From NCBI RefSeq assembly GCF_004010195.1, contig NC_057718.1:47683556-47747555 (forward strand): a stretch of 64,000 bases of DNA, read 5' to 3'. Source of the stretch: Chiloscyllium plagiosum (taxonomy: Eukaryota). Below the pieces are notes generated by a model. The model saw only the letters and a program-made list of their open reading frames with translations. It made no database searches and was not told the DNA's origin. Both the position numbers and the translations under genes were made by a program. Shown in pieces: positions 1 to 12,139 of the stretch (position 1 is the stretch's first letter; every line of letters begins with the position of its first letter).

Positions 1-1338
1 AATGTAATTAACCTTTGCAGTTCATGAATGTTGCCTCAAATTCTGGGAGCAAAGTAACTGGTTTATATTATAACCAGTTGGAATGTATTATCTCCTTTGG
101 CAGTTCATCAAGGTCGAGGATGATTTACTTCCATTTTTTTTGTGGGGGGGGGGGGGGGGGGGGGAAGAGCTGGTTTCCTATGGTGGTTGAACAGTCTGAG
201 TGTATTGTAAGAGTATGAGAATTGAATATTTAGAAAGTAAATGGGAAAACTGGGCAGAGGTAACACAGATGAGAATTCACATTTAACAACTAGTTGGGAG
301 TTTCTTTTGTGGATGTTACTTGTAGCATCGACAAATGAGACCCAGTGGATATGGCGTATTTGGATTTTCAGGAGGCTTTTAAGAAGGTCCACCACACAGG
401 TTTGTAAATAAAATTCAAGCATGTGGAATTATCATATACAGGCATGGTGTGAGAATTGATCAACAGACAGAAATCAGAAAATTGGAAAAAACATTCTCGG
501 GATGGCTGGTTATTACTAGAGTGATATCGCAAGGGACACTTGTGGACAACAGATCACAATTTATGAATTGATATATCTCCAATTTTGCTGACAATACCAA
601 ACTGGGTAGAAGTATGGGTTGTAAGGATAATGCAATGAATTTTCAGGAGAACTTTGACAGGTTAAATGAATGTATTATATAGATGATGCAATATAAGGCG
701 ATAAGCATGAAGTTATTCAAGGCAGCATGTTTCTTAAAGGCTGAGAGATTGTGAAGTACAAATAGCCACAAGTCATGAAAAGCTAGCAACCAATTAAGAA
801 AAGGAAACATTTGTCAGGATTTATTTCAAAGGGGATGGGGCACAGAGGATGTCTGGTGCCTTGGTGCAATGCTTTTTGTCTCCTTATCCAAGGAAGGATA
901 TACTTGCCATAGAGGGTGTTCAGTGGAAGGTCACCAGATTAATCCCTGGAATGGTGAAGTTGTTTTATGTGGAAGCAGAGTTTGTATTCGCTAAAGATTA
1001 AAAAAACACAGGTGATCGCGTTAAAACTTATAAAATTCTTAAAGACATGACAAATTGGATATTGATAGGATGCCTCTCCAAGCTGGTGACTCTAGAACCA
1101 GGGTGTACAAATCTTTGAATAAGGGGGCACAATCTCTGAACAAGGGTACACACTTTAAGATGGAGATGAAGAATTTCTTAGCTTACAAGGGTGGTAAAGT
1201 TTTGGAAGTGCCTATCCCAGAGAACTGTGGAAGCTCAATAACTAAGCATATTTAAAATAGAAACTGATATGTGTCTGGAGACTAATGAGATTGAAAAAAA
1301 ATTGGGGAGAATTTGGGAAAGTGGCACTGAGGTAGAAG

Positions 1339-1569
1339 AGTCCAGATTAGAGAGGTGCTAGAAAAGCACAGCAGGTCAGGCAGCATCCAAGGAGCAGGAA
1401 AATCGACGTTTTGGGCAAAAGCCCTTCATCAGGGCTTTCCTGATGAAGGGCTTTTGCCCGAAACGTCGATTTTCCTGCTCCTCGGATGCTGCCTGACTTG
1501 CTGTGCTTTTCCAGCACCACTCTAACCTAGACTGATTTCCAGCATCTGCAGTCCTCACTTTTGACCACG
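1339..1569. mobile_element. Penelope-like terminal-repeat foldback insertion
   Basis: Inverted arms about 1345-1433 / 1439-1530 with a 5-nt loop. Flanked by direct repeat GAGGTAGAAG (1329-1338, 1570-1579). Arm sequence resembles the termini of the GIY-YIG-encoding elements at 38967 and 44282. Confidence 0.8.
1440..1467 (+). ncRNA. Minimal hammerhead ribozyme-like core
   Basis: CTGATGA-A-GGGC-TTTT-GCCC-GAAA-CGTC. The opposite-strand copy (1405-1432) has GAAA changed to AAAA. Confidence 0.7.
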
Positions 1570-2184
1570 GAGGTAGAAGGTCAACCATGTTCTGAATGAA
1601 TGGCAGGTCAATCTATGAACGGACTGGTATACCACTCCTGTGCCTATGGCAACCTATTTGATCATACATTTTAACACGATAATATAAGGAAGAACCATTT
1701 ATTTTAGAAGTGCTGATGTTTCTTTCTTGCTGTAGGCAAATAAAGATGATGGTCCAATAATGAGAACTTCTAACTGTAGCTTAATTATAATGACTAGATC
1801 TTTCCATACAATATTCATGACTTATAGATGCCTGAAGGGTAATCAACATCAATACCCTAGATTCCAGTTCACTCAGCTGCTAAGTTATGCCAGCATTTGA
1901 TAGCTCTAACGTGGAAAAAGTGGCCATCAGCTGAGGAATTATATACTCCATAACTATTGAGCCAGTGAAAGGTATCAAGCCATGCCCACTTTGGGCCATA
2001 AAGCTTTGACTTTATCAACTTGCTGTACTGCAATAAGAGTACAATTGTCAAGCTCTTATCACTTACTCAAATTACCAAAAGTTGCACTGTACAAACTGGC
2101 TTACACTTCTACAATACTCAGGAAAAAAAATGGCTTAACTATAGAGTGAAACAAAACTGAGCATTGATAAATGCAACAGTAGCA

Positions 2185-2326
2185 GACTCACCAACTTTAA
2201 GGGCATATAAATGGTTAGTAGATAAACATATGGATGAAAATGGAATAGTGCAGCATAGATAGGCTTCAGGTTGGTTCCACAGGCCGGCCAAAGGGCCTGT
2301 TCTGCACTGTAATGTTCTATGTTCTA
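2185..2326 (+). mobile_element. Short CR1/HER1-like 3' end
   Basis: Ends aagggcctgttctgcactgtaatgttctatgttcta, closely matching the tail at about 49727-49762. Confidence 0.7.
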
Positions 2327-2975
2327 ATACAGTAAGAAAAAAGTTAACAACAAAATTGTGGAACACAAATTCAATGGGTCTTATATATATAAACATAGGA
2401 TGTCAATAAGCCACAGGATGCACTGTGATGGCCAATATTAGTTATTCATTCACAGGTGCATTCTCCATCCTACTCTCCCTAATCCTGTCCACTGCCAGCA
2501 TTTAGTTTGCCCATACTATTGTTAACTGTGTTTATAGCCCTTTGCTTTGTTACCTTCCTTCTGTGAACTTTTAATTAAATAAAAGCATTTGTCAAACCAC
2601 ATTCCACAAAAATCCATCAAAAGGGTGGACTGAATCTTCGAACACTTGTTTGTTGTGACACAGGCACAGAAAATTATTACACCAGTGAGTTAGACTTCAA
2701 GTCAGTTATTTTATTCTGATCTGTTAATTTGGATGGAATTTGAAAAATTCTCAGATTCCTTACCCACTTTCTCCCCCTTACATATAAAATAAATGTGCAT
2801 TTATGTAATGCTTTTTACAACCAGATATCTGAACGCAGTTTGGGGAATTACATTTTTTCAGGGCAGATAAAAATTACATCAGAGCAGAAGAAATCGGAAC
2901 AGGAGTAGGCCAATCAGCTTTGAAGTAACCCCAATGCTTTAAAATATGCAGACCAAAACTGCATCCAGTACATAA

Positions 2976-3590
2976 TATTATGGACTAGGCCAAACTCCCT
3001 CAAAATATTTTAAGATGGTAACTTAGACCCTAACATTTCTTATTTTAAAGGCAAATGTAACATGTTGTGTCCCAGATGCAAACTGATTGGTCAATCTACT
3101 TGACATTACGCAAAACACCATCTATTCACTACTATAGTTAAAATACAACAAAAGAGGAGTTTAGAATAACCTAGCTCTATTGGAAAACTTAATAATAATA
3201 AATCCAGTAACTATTACTAATTACCTGCCCCAATATAGTAACATCCTATAAACACACCCTTTGGCAAAATGGCAGATTCAGAAATCCGATTTTCTCACAT
3301 GTAAGCCAGCAGAGTAAGTAAACAAAATATCTAGCAAAAACTCAGGAGTGGCAGCCAGGAAACCTTTACTGCAGCTTCCAGCAGGAACTGATACTGAATT
3401 TCAAAACTAAAGAAATAAAAACTAGAAATCCTGGTGTGTGAGAGCTGGCCACATCCATCCAGCTTGCTTCTGTTGTTTCAACTCCTAAAAAACCTCAAGG
3501 CCTCACAAACAGTATATGTTACCACAGACAGCTCTTCACTGCTCGTTCAATTTCTTTCTTAAAAGCAGCCAGGACAAAATAAATCGTTAC
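2976..3590. mobile_element. Solo-LTR-like insertion in an old CR1
   Basis: About 600 bp non-CR1 block with t(a/g)ttat...gttaca ends. It splits a minus-strand CR1 (ccaaaactgcatccagta | cctcaccaacagccctgta). Confidence 0.45.
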
Positions 3591-4860
3591 AACCTCACCA
3601 ACAGCCCTGTAAAGTTAGAACAAGACCTAGCAATAAAAGCCAAAATTTGCCATTTGCATGAATTACTTGCCACACCAACATGCTAACCTATTCGATCATG
3701 CAGAAGATGACCAAAATTTCTCTGGATTGCAATTATTTGGATTCTCTCTCCTTTTAAACAACCTCTCACTTTTCTACATTAACATCCACCTGCCAAGTTT
3801 TTGCCCACTCACTCAACGTATTTTCGCTTGCAGATTTCTTTTATCCTAATCACAACATGACCCCCACCTGTTTATCTATCATCAACAAATTTACGTACAT
3901 TCAACTCTGCCCCTCCACCAATCCTTAACATTGATAGCAAATAATTGAGGCCCCAGGACTGATCCTTGTGGCACTCACCATTAACATCCATTAATTCTAA
4001 CTCTCAACTAATCCTCAAACCATGCTCATATTATCCATAATACCACATGGTCTTATCTAGTGTAATAACTTTTTATGTGGCCTGTTAATTAATGGCTTTT
4101 GGAAATCCAAATGCATTACCTACTGGTTTCCCTTTACCAATTATATTTTCAACAAACTCCAGCAAATCTGTCAAACAGTACTTTTGTTTTACAAATCCAT
4201 GCTGATTCTATTTGAATGTTAAGTTTTTATAAAGTTTTTTTCCTTAATGGACTCTAGCAATTCCCAAAGAAAGGCATTAGACTAACTAGCCTATAGGTTC
4301 CTGCTTTTTCTCCATTCCCTCATGAGCACAGTATCACATTAGCAGGGTTCCAAGTCACTGGTACCTTCTTAGAATCCAGTCAGTTCTGGAATATTTTAAT
4401 TAATGCCTCCAATATCTCTGCAGCTACTTCCTTTAAAATCCTTAGATACAGACCATCAGGTCCTCGTAACCTGTCTGCCTTTAGTCCTATTAATTTGTTA
4501 AATACTTTGCCCATCATGAAGAGACTTGTAAAAGAGCTCACCTTTTATTAGCACGGTTGCTTTTCTGTTATCATTGTGATGTTCATAGTCCTCCATCGTG
4601 AATGCAAAATACTGGTTTAAATTATTTGCCAATTTCTTAATCCCCACTATCAATTCCCATATATTCTCTTTTATTATAGCCACAGAAGGTCTTGCTATTT
4701 GTTTTTATATACAACCTGCCAATTTACTTTCATCATCGCTTTCAGAATATTAGCTATTTTGTCATCTGTTTGTTCCTAAAAAAAAATTCTCAATCTTCTG
4801 GCCGACCACTAACTTTTACTGCTTTGTGTACCTTTGTTTTTAATGGATACTTTCCTTAAA
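3591..4860 (-). mobile_element. Old degraded CR1 LINE ORF2 fragment (further pieces near 5530-5830, 6560-7060, 8360-8810)
   Basis: Reverse complement shows decayed RT motifs (LDFQKA-like near 4095-4110). ORF 6627-6920 resembles an APE endonuclease (VESVWI...RGDFNLNINW). Confidence 0.7.
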
Positions 4861-5179
4861 GTATCCATTTTTGTTGCATTGTTAAAAGATTAAATGTTAA
4901 AAGATTAAATTATATCTCTCTGGACATTAACATAATGTTAAAGGGTTAAACTGTACTGTCTTTCTCCAGAAGCTGAAGTGGGTGGGGATGACATTCATGC
5001 AGCAATGTGGATGACTCACACTTCATTTGGGCGGCCATTTATTAGTATTCTACCGCTATCATCAAATTAAACTCTCATTCAGTCCCTTCCATTCAGAAAT
5101 GCTTTAATGGCTGTCCCTAGCCAATCAAATTCATTTGCGTGATCATTCCCCAATAGTGAAGTATAATACAACTACATTG

Positions 5180-5531
5180 TGTTAGGGAATCACCGAGGCA
5201 AGAAATCCTTTGCATAACGATTCCCCAGGATTAGGGTATTTACACTTACATTATCTCTGAGGATGACCTCATCCTACCATTGCACCTGGGGTAACACAGT
5301 GGTGGGTGTGGGGGGGGGGGGGGGGAATGGCCAGAGTCCCTGTAAACATTGACATCCCCACTTGGCCTGTATAAAGGGGATGGGTTTTCTTTGTTCAGGG
5401 TCTCTCTTTGACTCGACTTTGCACGCCTGCGAAGAGGTTCAGAGGGGGTCACCTAGCTTGTACAGGCTTTAATAAACTTTAACTGTTTGCAGAAGTTGGT
5501 GTGCGTGAAACCTCAGGAAAAGAATCTAACA
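5180..5531 (+). mobile_element. Solo LTR (about 350 bp)
   Basis: TGTTAG...CTAACA terminal inverted repeat. Internal TATAAA (about 5370) followed by AATAAA (5471). Confidence 0.6.
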
Positions 5532-7074
5532 TTGCTAATCATGGGGCTGTTCATCCGTCTCATCCAGTTCTTCTTTTTAACTGGAATAAATATTTGCTAA
5601 GCATTATAAAACATCTGGTTAATCAAATGTATTTGCTCACCTATGGACTTTCCCTTACTCTATCTTCCCAGCTCACCTTAAACAATTCTTCATTCATATT
5701 TCTCAAATTGCCCATATTTAAATGGAGGAGATTGCTTTGCGATCAGAATTGCTGTCCTTCAAACTGAAGTTAAAATTCTACCATGTTATGATTGGTAACC
5801 CCCTTTAGCAATGGTTCCCAACCTTGTCAGTAACACAGCACATTTCAAGAAGAAAAATAATTCAACGGCACACCCAGTTTTTTCAGCTGAACTGATGCTC
5901 ATAAATGTCACATTTACTTGCATTTATTTTAGTTATGGTCTCACCTGAGAGACTTGCAACATAGTGCTCACATCAAGCTAAACAAGGATCAAATGGATGA
6001 ATATTTTATATTTCATTATGGCACATTTTCAAAATCTGTTCAACTCAACAATTTCTGACTGCTCATTGCCTAGATCTGTTCCACACATTGCATGAAACAA
6101 TATATAATTGAAATTCAATGGATCAGAGCAAAATGCGAAGTAGAGTAAATTCCAGTTCACTGGGTTAGAAACCTGCACCTGCCTGTCCGCACAGCCTTTA
6201 GATCTGGGAAGGAATTGCTGAGAATGCCACGCACAAATCTTGCTCCACTAACAAGTGCTCCCTTCAATCATTAGCTTGTTTTGTCTCATTTCACTAGAAG
6301 AAAAGAACACGACTTAGTTGTATGGTCCTTAGTTTAAACCATCACAAGACCTCATTTGGCCCGTGCTTTCCTACATTTAGAATGTTTGCACATTTTAGAA
6401 TCAAGAGACCGATAACTTGTTTTTAATGTGATGATTAATATTCCCAAGTTTTAGTTTCATTTTGGCTCAAGTTCTTTAAGTTGATCCATAGAATTTCCTT
6501 ACTTTTGTACAAAACTGACAGCACACTTGGACAATTCATATTGAACATCATTTGAAAATCATGAGATCTCTTAATATTAACATATTGCTCCAAGAGGCTA
6601 TCCCCAATGCATTCTAGAAATTCACCTTACCCATTTGTCCAATTAATATTCAGATTAAAATCACCCCTGACAATTGAAGTGCCCTTCTTACATACCTCCA
6701 TTATTTTCCAACTTTTACTTACCCTGCAATGAAGCAACTCACTGGGACAATGGACCATCCCCACCAGACTCTCTACTTTGTCATTCCTTGTGTTGATCCA
6801 AACTGATTCCACATCCTGATTTATTGCACCTACATCACAATTCACCACAGCACTGACATCCTCCTTCATTAAGAAAGCTACTTCAGCTCCTTTACTTATT
6901 TGCCTATTTGCCTGGAACACGGACTATCCTTGTCACCCTGTTACCATGTCTCCATAAGAGCTGTCAAGTCACATTTGTTTATTTCTCTTTTTGTTAGTAA
7001 CTTAAGTCTCTTGTTACATGTGTAAAGCACTCAAATAAACAGTCTTAAACTCTGACATTTTACTATAAAACAAT

Positions 7075-8362
7075 AAGACTTCAGAGCAAAAATTAGGCGA
7101 TTCAGCCCATCAAGTCTGTGTCCTGGTTGGGCTGCAAGGCCTGTTCCCGCACTTTAGGGAATCTAATCTAAAAAAAGTCTGCTCTGCCGTTTAATCATGG
7201 CTGATACATTTCTCAACCCCATTCTCCCACTTTCTCCACATAAACTTCGATCCCCTGGATACTCAAGAACCCATCTATCTCGGTCTTAAATATACTCAAT
7301 GACCCGGCTGCCACAGCCTTCTGTGGCAACGATTCCATAGATTCACCACTCTCTGGCTGAAGTAGTTTCTCCTTATCTCCGTTGGAAAACATCTTCCCTT
7401 TACTCTTAAGGCTGTGCCCTCGGGTCAGAGTGTCTCCTATCAAAGGAGACATCTTCTGAACATCTACTCTGTCCAGGCTATTCAGTATGTTTCAATTAGA
7501 TCCTGCCTATCCTTTAAAACTGCATCAAATATAGACCCAGAGTCCTCAAACATTCCTAATACATTAAGCTTTTCATTCCTGGGACCATTGTTGTTAACCT
7601 CCTCTGAACACACTCCAGGGCCAGTCATGCTTCCTGAGATGTTGGGCATAACTGTACACAATACTCCAATTGGTCTGACCAGTGCCTTATGGAGCCTCAG
7701 AATACATTCCTGTCAAAATGAATGCCATAATTGCATTTGCCTTCCCAACTACTGACTCAACTTGCAAATTTACATTGACAGAATCCTGGACTAGAAGTCC
7801 CAAGTCTCGCTGCACTTCAGACTTGTGAATCTTTGCCCCATTTAGAAAATAGTCCATGTCTCTTCTTCCTATCAAGTATCATATTGTACACCATCTGCCA
7901 CTTCTGTGCCTACTCTCCTAACCTTTCCAAATCATTCTGCAGCCTCCCCACCGCCTCAATACCATCTGTCCCTCTACCTATTTTTGTATCGTCTGCAAAC
8001 ATAGCCAGAATGCCCTCGGTTCCTTCATCTAGGCCGTTAATCTATCAAGAGAAAAGTTGTGGTCCCTTACGGAACGCCACTTATCACCGGCTGCCATTGT
8101 GAGGATCCTTTTATCCCCACTCTCTGCTTTCTGCCAGACAGCCAAGCTTCTATCCATACTAGCACGTTGCCTTTAACACCTTAGAATCTTATCTTACTCC
8201 TATGTTGCACTTTGTCAAAGGCCTTCTTGAAGTCCAGGGAGATAACATCCATTGACTCACCTTGCTCATTGCTCATTACCTTCTCAAAGAATTCTAGCAG
8301 ATCTTTCAGGCATGACTGCTCCTTGATAAAACTATACTGACTTTGACCTATTTTACCATACA
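7075..8362 (-). mobile_element. CR1 LINE 3' portion (RT), frameshifted
   Basis: ORF pieces: IGQSQYSFIKEQSCLKDLLEFFE...ISLDFKKAFDKV, SEVQRDLGLLVQDS, TRGHSLK. Confidence 0.9.
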
Positions 8363-8999
8363 CATTATTTTACCATTATTACTTTCTCTGGTTCTAAATT
8401 TCTGCTGTGCTCTTCTACAAAGGTATTTATTTGTACACTTGGATTTGCCACTTCACTACTCTGCACCATCACTCTCTCATTTCTTTTTGACTTTTTAAAA
8501 ACTTCCCTCAATAGAACCTCACCACCTCCAAATAGCTTAAAGTTCCAGCCAAAACCCTAGTTATTTGATTTGCCAGGACACTGGTCCCAGCCTGGTTCAA
8601 ATGAAGGCTATCCTAACAGAACAGTTCTCATTTCCCAGTCCTACTTTCTAATTTAGTTCCGAGCTGCTCATATTACCTCAGCAGAATCTCTTTCCTAGTG
8701 CTACTTAATGTCATTGTTACCTAGATGGATCATATCAACTGGACCCTTTTCCTCCAGCCCAGAAGAGATGGAATTAGCACTGTATGCCAGTCTTACTAAG
8801 GTCACCCATACTTAAAAAATGTGTTAAGCAGTTTTAACTTCACCAAGTAACATTCACAGTGCAACATAGTCAAATTATCGCTAACAAAAATTATCTAACC
8901 AACTCCCAAATAAAATACCATCACTGAAATGCCAGCATTTATATCCTGAGGATCACCACTGACTAGAAAGTTATCTGAAACAGTTGTATAAATATTGTG

Positions 9000-9320
9000 G
9001 CTCGAAAAGCAGGTCAAAAGGAATAATTCACTTCCGGTCCACCCACCATTTACAAGTCAGAAGTGTAATGGGTTACTCTCGAGTTGCCTGAATGATATCA
9101 CAAGATGCTTGATACCCTCCAGGACAAAGAAACTGGCTTGACAGGCATTCTATTAACCAGTTAAACCATTCACCCTCTACACCATGTGTGACCATGGTAG
9201 TATGCACCATCTGCAAGATGCAAAACAACAACTAGCAAAGACTTCACAGATTACATTTTCTAGACCTACAAATTCTGGCTCGATGAACAAGGTAGCAGAT
9301 GCATGGCCACACAACAATTG
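9000..9320 (+). mobile_element. Ancient CR1-like 3' fragment
   Basis: Similar to 59660-59960 (cacccaccatttacaag...caagatgcttgataccctccaggacaaag). Confidence 0.55.
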
Positions 9321-9437
9321 CCAAATTAATTAACATTAATGAATTGAAGATTGCTAAAGGTAAACAAAATTAAATCTTATTTCAAAAGTACACTTATTTA
9401 TTCACTGTTTTCCTGTTAGTTGCAACAGATGCTATTT

Positions 9438-9472
9438 TCAATTTTGTAGATAAAGTTGTACTCTCACAAAGT
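9438..9472 (-). CDS. Candidate terminal coding exon of an unidentified gene (YFVRVQLYLQN*)
   Basis: Acceptor tttcctttgcag. In phase with candidate exon 10645-10763. Minus-strand AATAAA at 9397-9402. Confidence 0.35.
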
Positions 9473-9940
9473 CTGCAAAGGAAACAGTTATGAAAGTTCC
9501 TGCTTCATCATCTTGAAGAATGGAAATAACTCAGGCTTTACTTTTTCCATTTTGCGACTTATAACGGCTACCTTAATTAGCTTCTCATACTTGCATTCTA
9601 AAAAGTCTATTATTCATTTGTTTCAATAGTTTGCTTATTGTAATTTAAAGGGGCTGAGAGTAAGTAGGAGTGAGAAAATTCCACAAGGGTTGGCAAACAT
9701 CCTCTGCAATTCAATACGATCATGAATATGTAGTGAGAGGAACACAATTTTTAGGACAATCAGTACAATTTGCAATGTCCAAAGACCAATCCATCACATC
9801 CTGAATACTCTCCTGATAAAATGTCCACAGATCCCAGGTAATGAATTCTCAAGACTGCCAACATTCAAAATGCATCATGTTCTCTTCTTACCTCAGTCTC
9901 AATTGTCAACACTTTATTCTGAGACTACAATCTTTCCATA

Positions 9941-10460
9941 TAGATGTTTTCAAATATTTTTATCTGCAGACCACTTAGATGGATCAAAAGACCCTGCCTA
10001 ACAGTTAAAACATCTCATCTGCTTGCACTGTAGAAAAAATAATCATCATTAATGGGAAGAATGGCATTGTTTTCGATGTAACACCAAGTCTTTTTCCAAA
10101 CTGGAGAAAGACAGTCTCACTATGAGTTACATGTTTAACCATCTCTTTTTTCTTCTATCCACCTAACTATTGAAAATCCAAACTCTCAGTTATATATTGC
10201 GACAATAACAAAGTCTAAGTTATAAAACTAAATTGTTGGTTGCTCATGCTTATGACGACTAATGATGTGCAAGTGCAAGATGTGCAGTGAGATGTGTGAC
10301 ACCACAGAACAGTGGGAATGAGGAGTCTGGCTTACTCTCATATGTCCTTGATAGTGTTCATTGTATGTCAATGACTTGCACTCTGAACCAGCCAATGAAT
10401 GGACAGCCTAGAGAAACCATGACTACTAGTGATCCAAAGCCCACAATTTGAAAACCACTG
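9941..10460. mobile_element. Non-autonomous hAT-Charlie-like DNA element
   Basis: Right end tttgaaaaccactg (reverse complement CAGTGGTTTTCAAA) and degenerate left end tagatgttttcaaa. It interrupts a CR1 3' fragment; no clean TSD. Confidence 0.5.
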
Positions 10461-10644
10461 TTCAAAATTCTCTAGCAAGGGAAACAACCATTCACACTAA
10501 ACACGTTATCCGAATAAGAATTTTATATCTTTCAGAGAGATTCCTTATTAATATTGTGAATTCAAAAATAATATCAGCTCAATATCTTTCCTCATAGAAA
10601 AGCCCTCTCAAAACAGGAAACCAATCTCTTCTGACATTACTTAC

Positions 10645-10763
10645 AGCGAGTTAGGAGAGGGGCTGAAGAAGAGTGGAGTAAGTGTGCAATGGTGTAACAA
10701 GGTATCAAGATTATCAGCACTACAATTTGCATTAACTGCACAAATGAAATTCCATACTTTACC
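10645..10763 (-). CDS. Candidate exon, hydrophobic reading (VKYGISFVQLMQIVVLIILIPCYTIAHLLHSSSAPLLTR)
   Basis: ttccag acceptor and CT|GTAAGT donor in non-repeat sequence. Two frames are open; no homologue recognised. Confidence 0.4.
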
Positions 10764-11344
10764 CTGGAAGTTATTTTTTTAAACAAGTATACTGATATAG
10801 TGAAGGCCACATACAGTGACTGTTTATTATTGCATGGGAGTACAAGTAAATGTCTTTGATTATTACTTGCCTTCAATACAGAGGCAAGAGTACCAACAAG
10901 TAGCACAGTCCAGAGCTTCAGACTGCTATCAAATTGTCATAATCCCATTTCATGGTTAATACGTGATTTTGATAATGGAATATTAGTCAGTACATGTCTT
11001 AATTCAGTGTTCCATTTACCAATGACTACACAGTGGAATACTTTTCCCATTCAAAAGCTGAAGTGGACTGTATGACGAAGGTTATGCATGAAATTTGTAG
11101 TGGTAATAACTATAATCTTTTGGTCCTCCCACCTTCCCTAAACTCTCAGGAAATGCCATGTGTAGAGAATTGCAAACATCATGCCCTTGTGCAAAAATGT
11201 TTGCAAGGCTAAGATCAGCATGAAAGGCCAGTCAAGGGGCTGCTGTGAGAAAATAAATGCAACTGCCATTACTTGGAAAAGCATTAAGGAAACTAATGAG
11301 GCTGAAGGTCAATAAGTCCCTTTGTCCTGATGGGTCATCCTGGG

Positions 11345-11925
11345 AAACCTTATCTAGTCTCTCTTCATAGCTGTCAAGCTCAAACCCAGATAGCATTTTG
11401 GCTAATTTTGCACCTCTTCCAGTGCAATCACACCCTTTCTATCGTGAGGTGATCACAATAGCAGACAACAATCTAATTGTGGCCTGACCAAAGTAATGCA
11501 CAGCTCCAACATGACCTCCCTGCTCTTACAATCTATACCACGCTGATAAAGGCAAGCATCTCCTCTGCCACTTTTAACTTCTTCATTAATCTATCCTACC
11601 ACCATCAGTGAACCGTGGGTAAGCACCCCAAAGATCCCTTTGTTCTTCTGAGTTTCCTAGTGTCCTGCCATTCATTGTTGCATTTTAGAAAAAGCATAAT
11701 CTCACACTTTATCAGGGATTAACTGCATCTGCCACTAACCACACAATTGCTTTATAAACTCCTGTCATCTAACGTCTTCCTGCTCATTACCACAAATTTG
11801 CTTATTATCCCTCCTGCATTCTCAGGTATATTATTATGGGATCCAGCACTGATCCCTGTGGTATGCCAGTGCACACCAAGCTCCAAACAGCCTTGTACCA
11901 CCATCCTCTGTCCCCTAACACTGTA
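11345..11925 (-). mobile_element. CR1 LINE RT fragment (plus-strand CR1 piece adjacent at about 11130-11340)
   Basis: Decayed RT motifs: RGQRMVVQGC, GIISKFV. Confidence 0.7.
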
Positions 11926-12139
11926 GCAGAACAAAATTAGAAAAAAATAAATCAGTTATGACAAAAGGCAAGAAGAGAAACAGAGTGGGGCCAAAGAGTT
12001 AAACAGGCCAATTTTATCGGTTGTTCTTCAAAATTTTTGAGAGGCTCCTTTTTGATTTCAACTCATTTACGAGACGACGTTACTGATGTATGGGATATTT
12101 GGACTTGGAACAGAAACAGGATGTGAAAATAGTTATCAA

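Larger units (their letters stand above)
230..1648 (+). mobile_element. Degraded CR1-clade LINE, RT region to 3' end, interrupted at 1339-1569
   Basis: Relic RT motifs: gtggatatggcgtatttggattttcaggag (VDMAYLDFQE) and aattttgctgacaataccaaactggg (NFADNTKLG). CR1-like 3' end resumes after the insertion. Confidence 0.8.

Noticed and set aside
143..163. Poly-G runs (also about 5311, 22346, 55248)
   Set aside because: Simple homopolymers whose length is unreliable in assemblies; no functional inference.
1339..1569. Foldbacks as DNA-transposon MITEs or pre-miRNAs
   Set aside because: Arms are unequal, TSD lengths vary (10-17 bp) and the sequence matches PLE termini, which favours a retro-origin. 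There is no evidence for miRNA processing.
1869..2051. 60-aa minus-strand ORF in unique sequence
   Set aside because: Weak splice signals and no recognisable motif.
5945..5977. 33-nt AG/GT-bounded micro-exon candidate (LDVSTMLQVSQ, minus strand)
   Set aside because: Out of phase with the upstream candidates and downstream of the putative stop and polyA signal; chance match likely.
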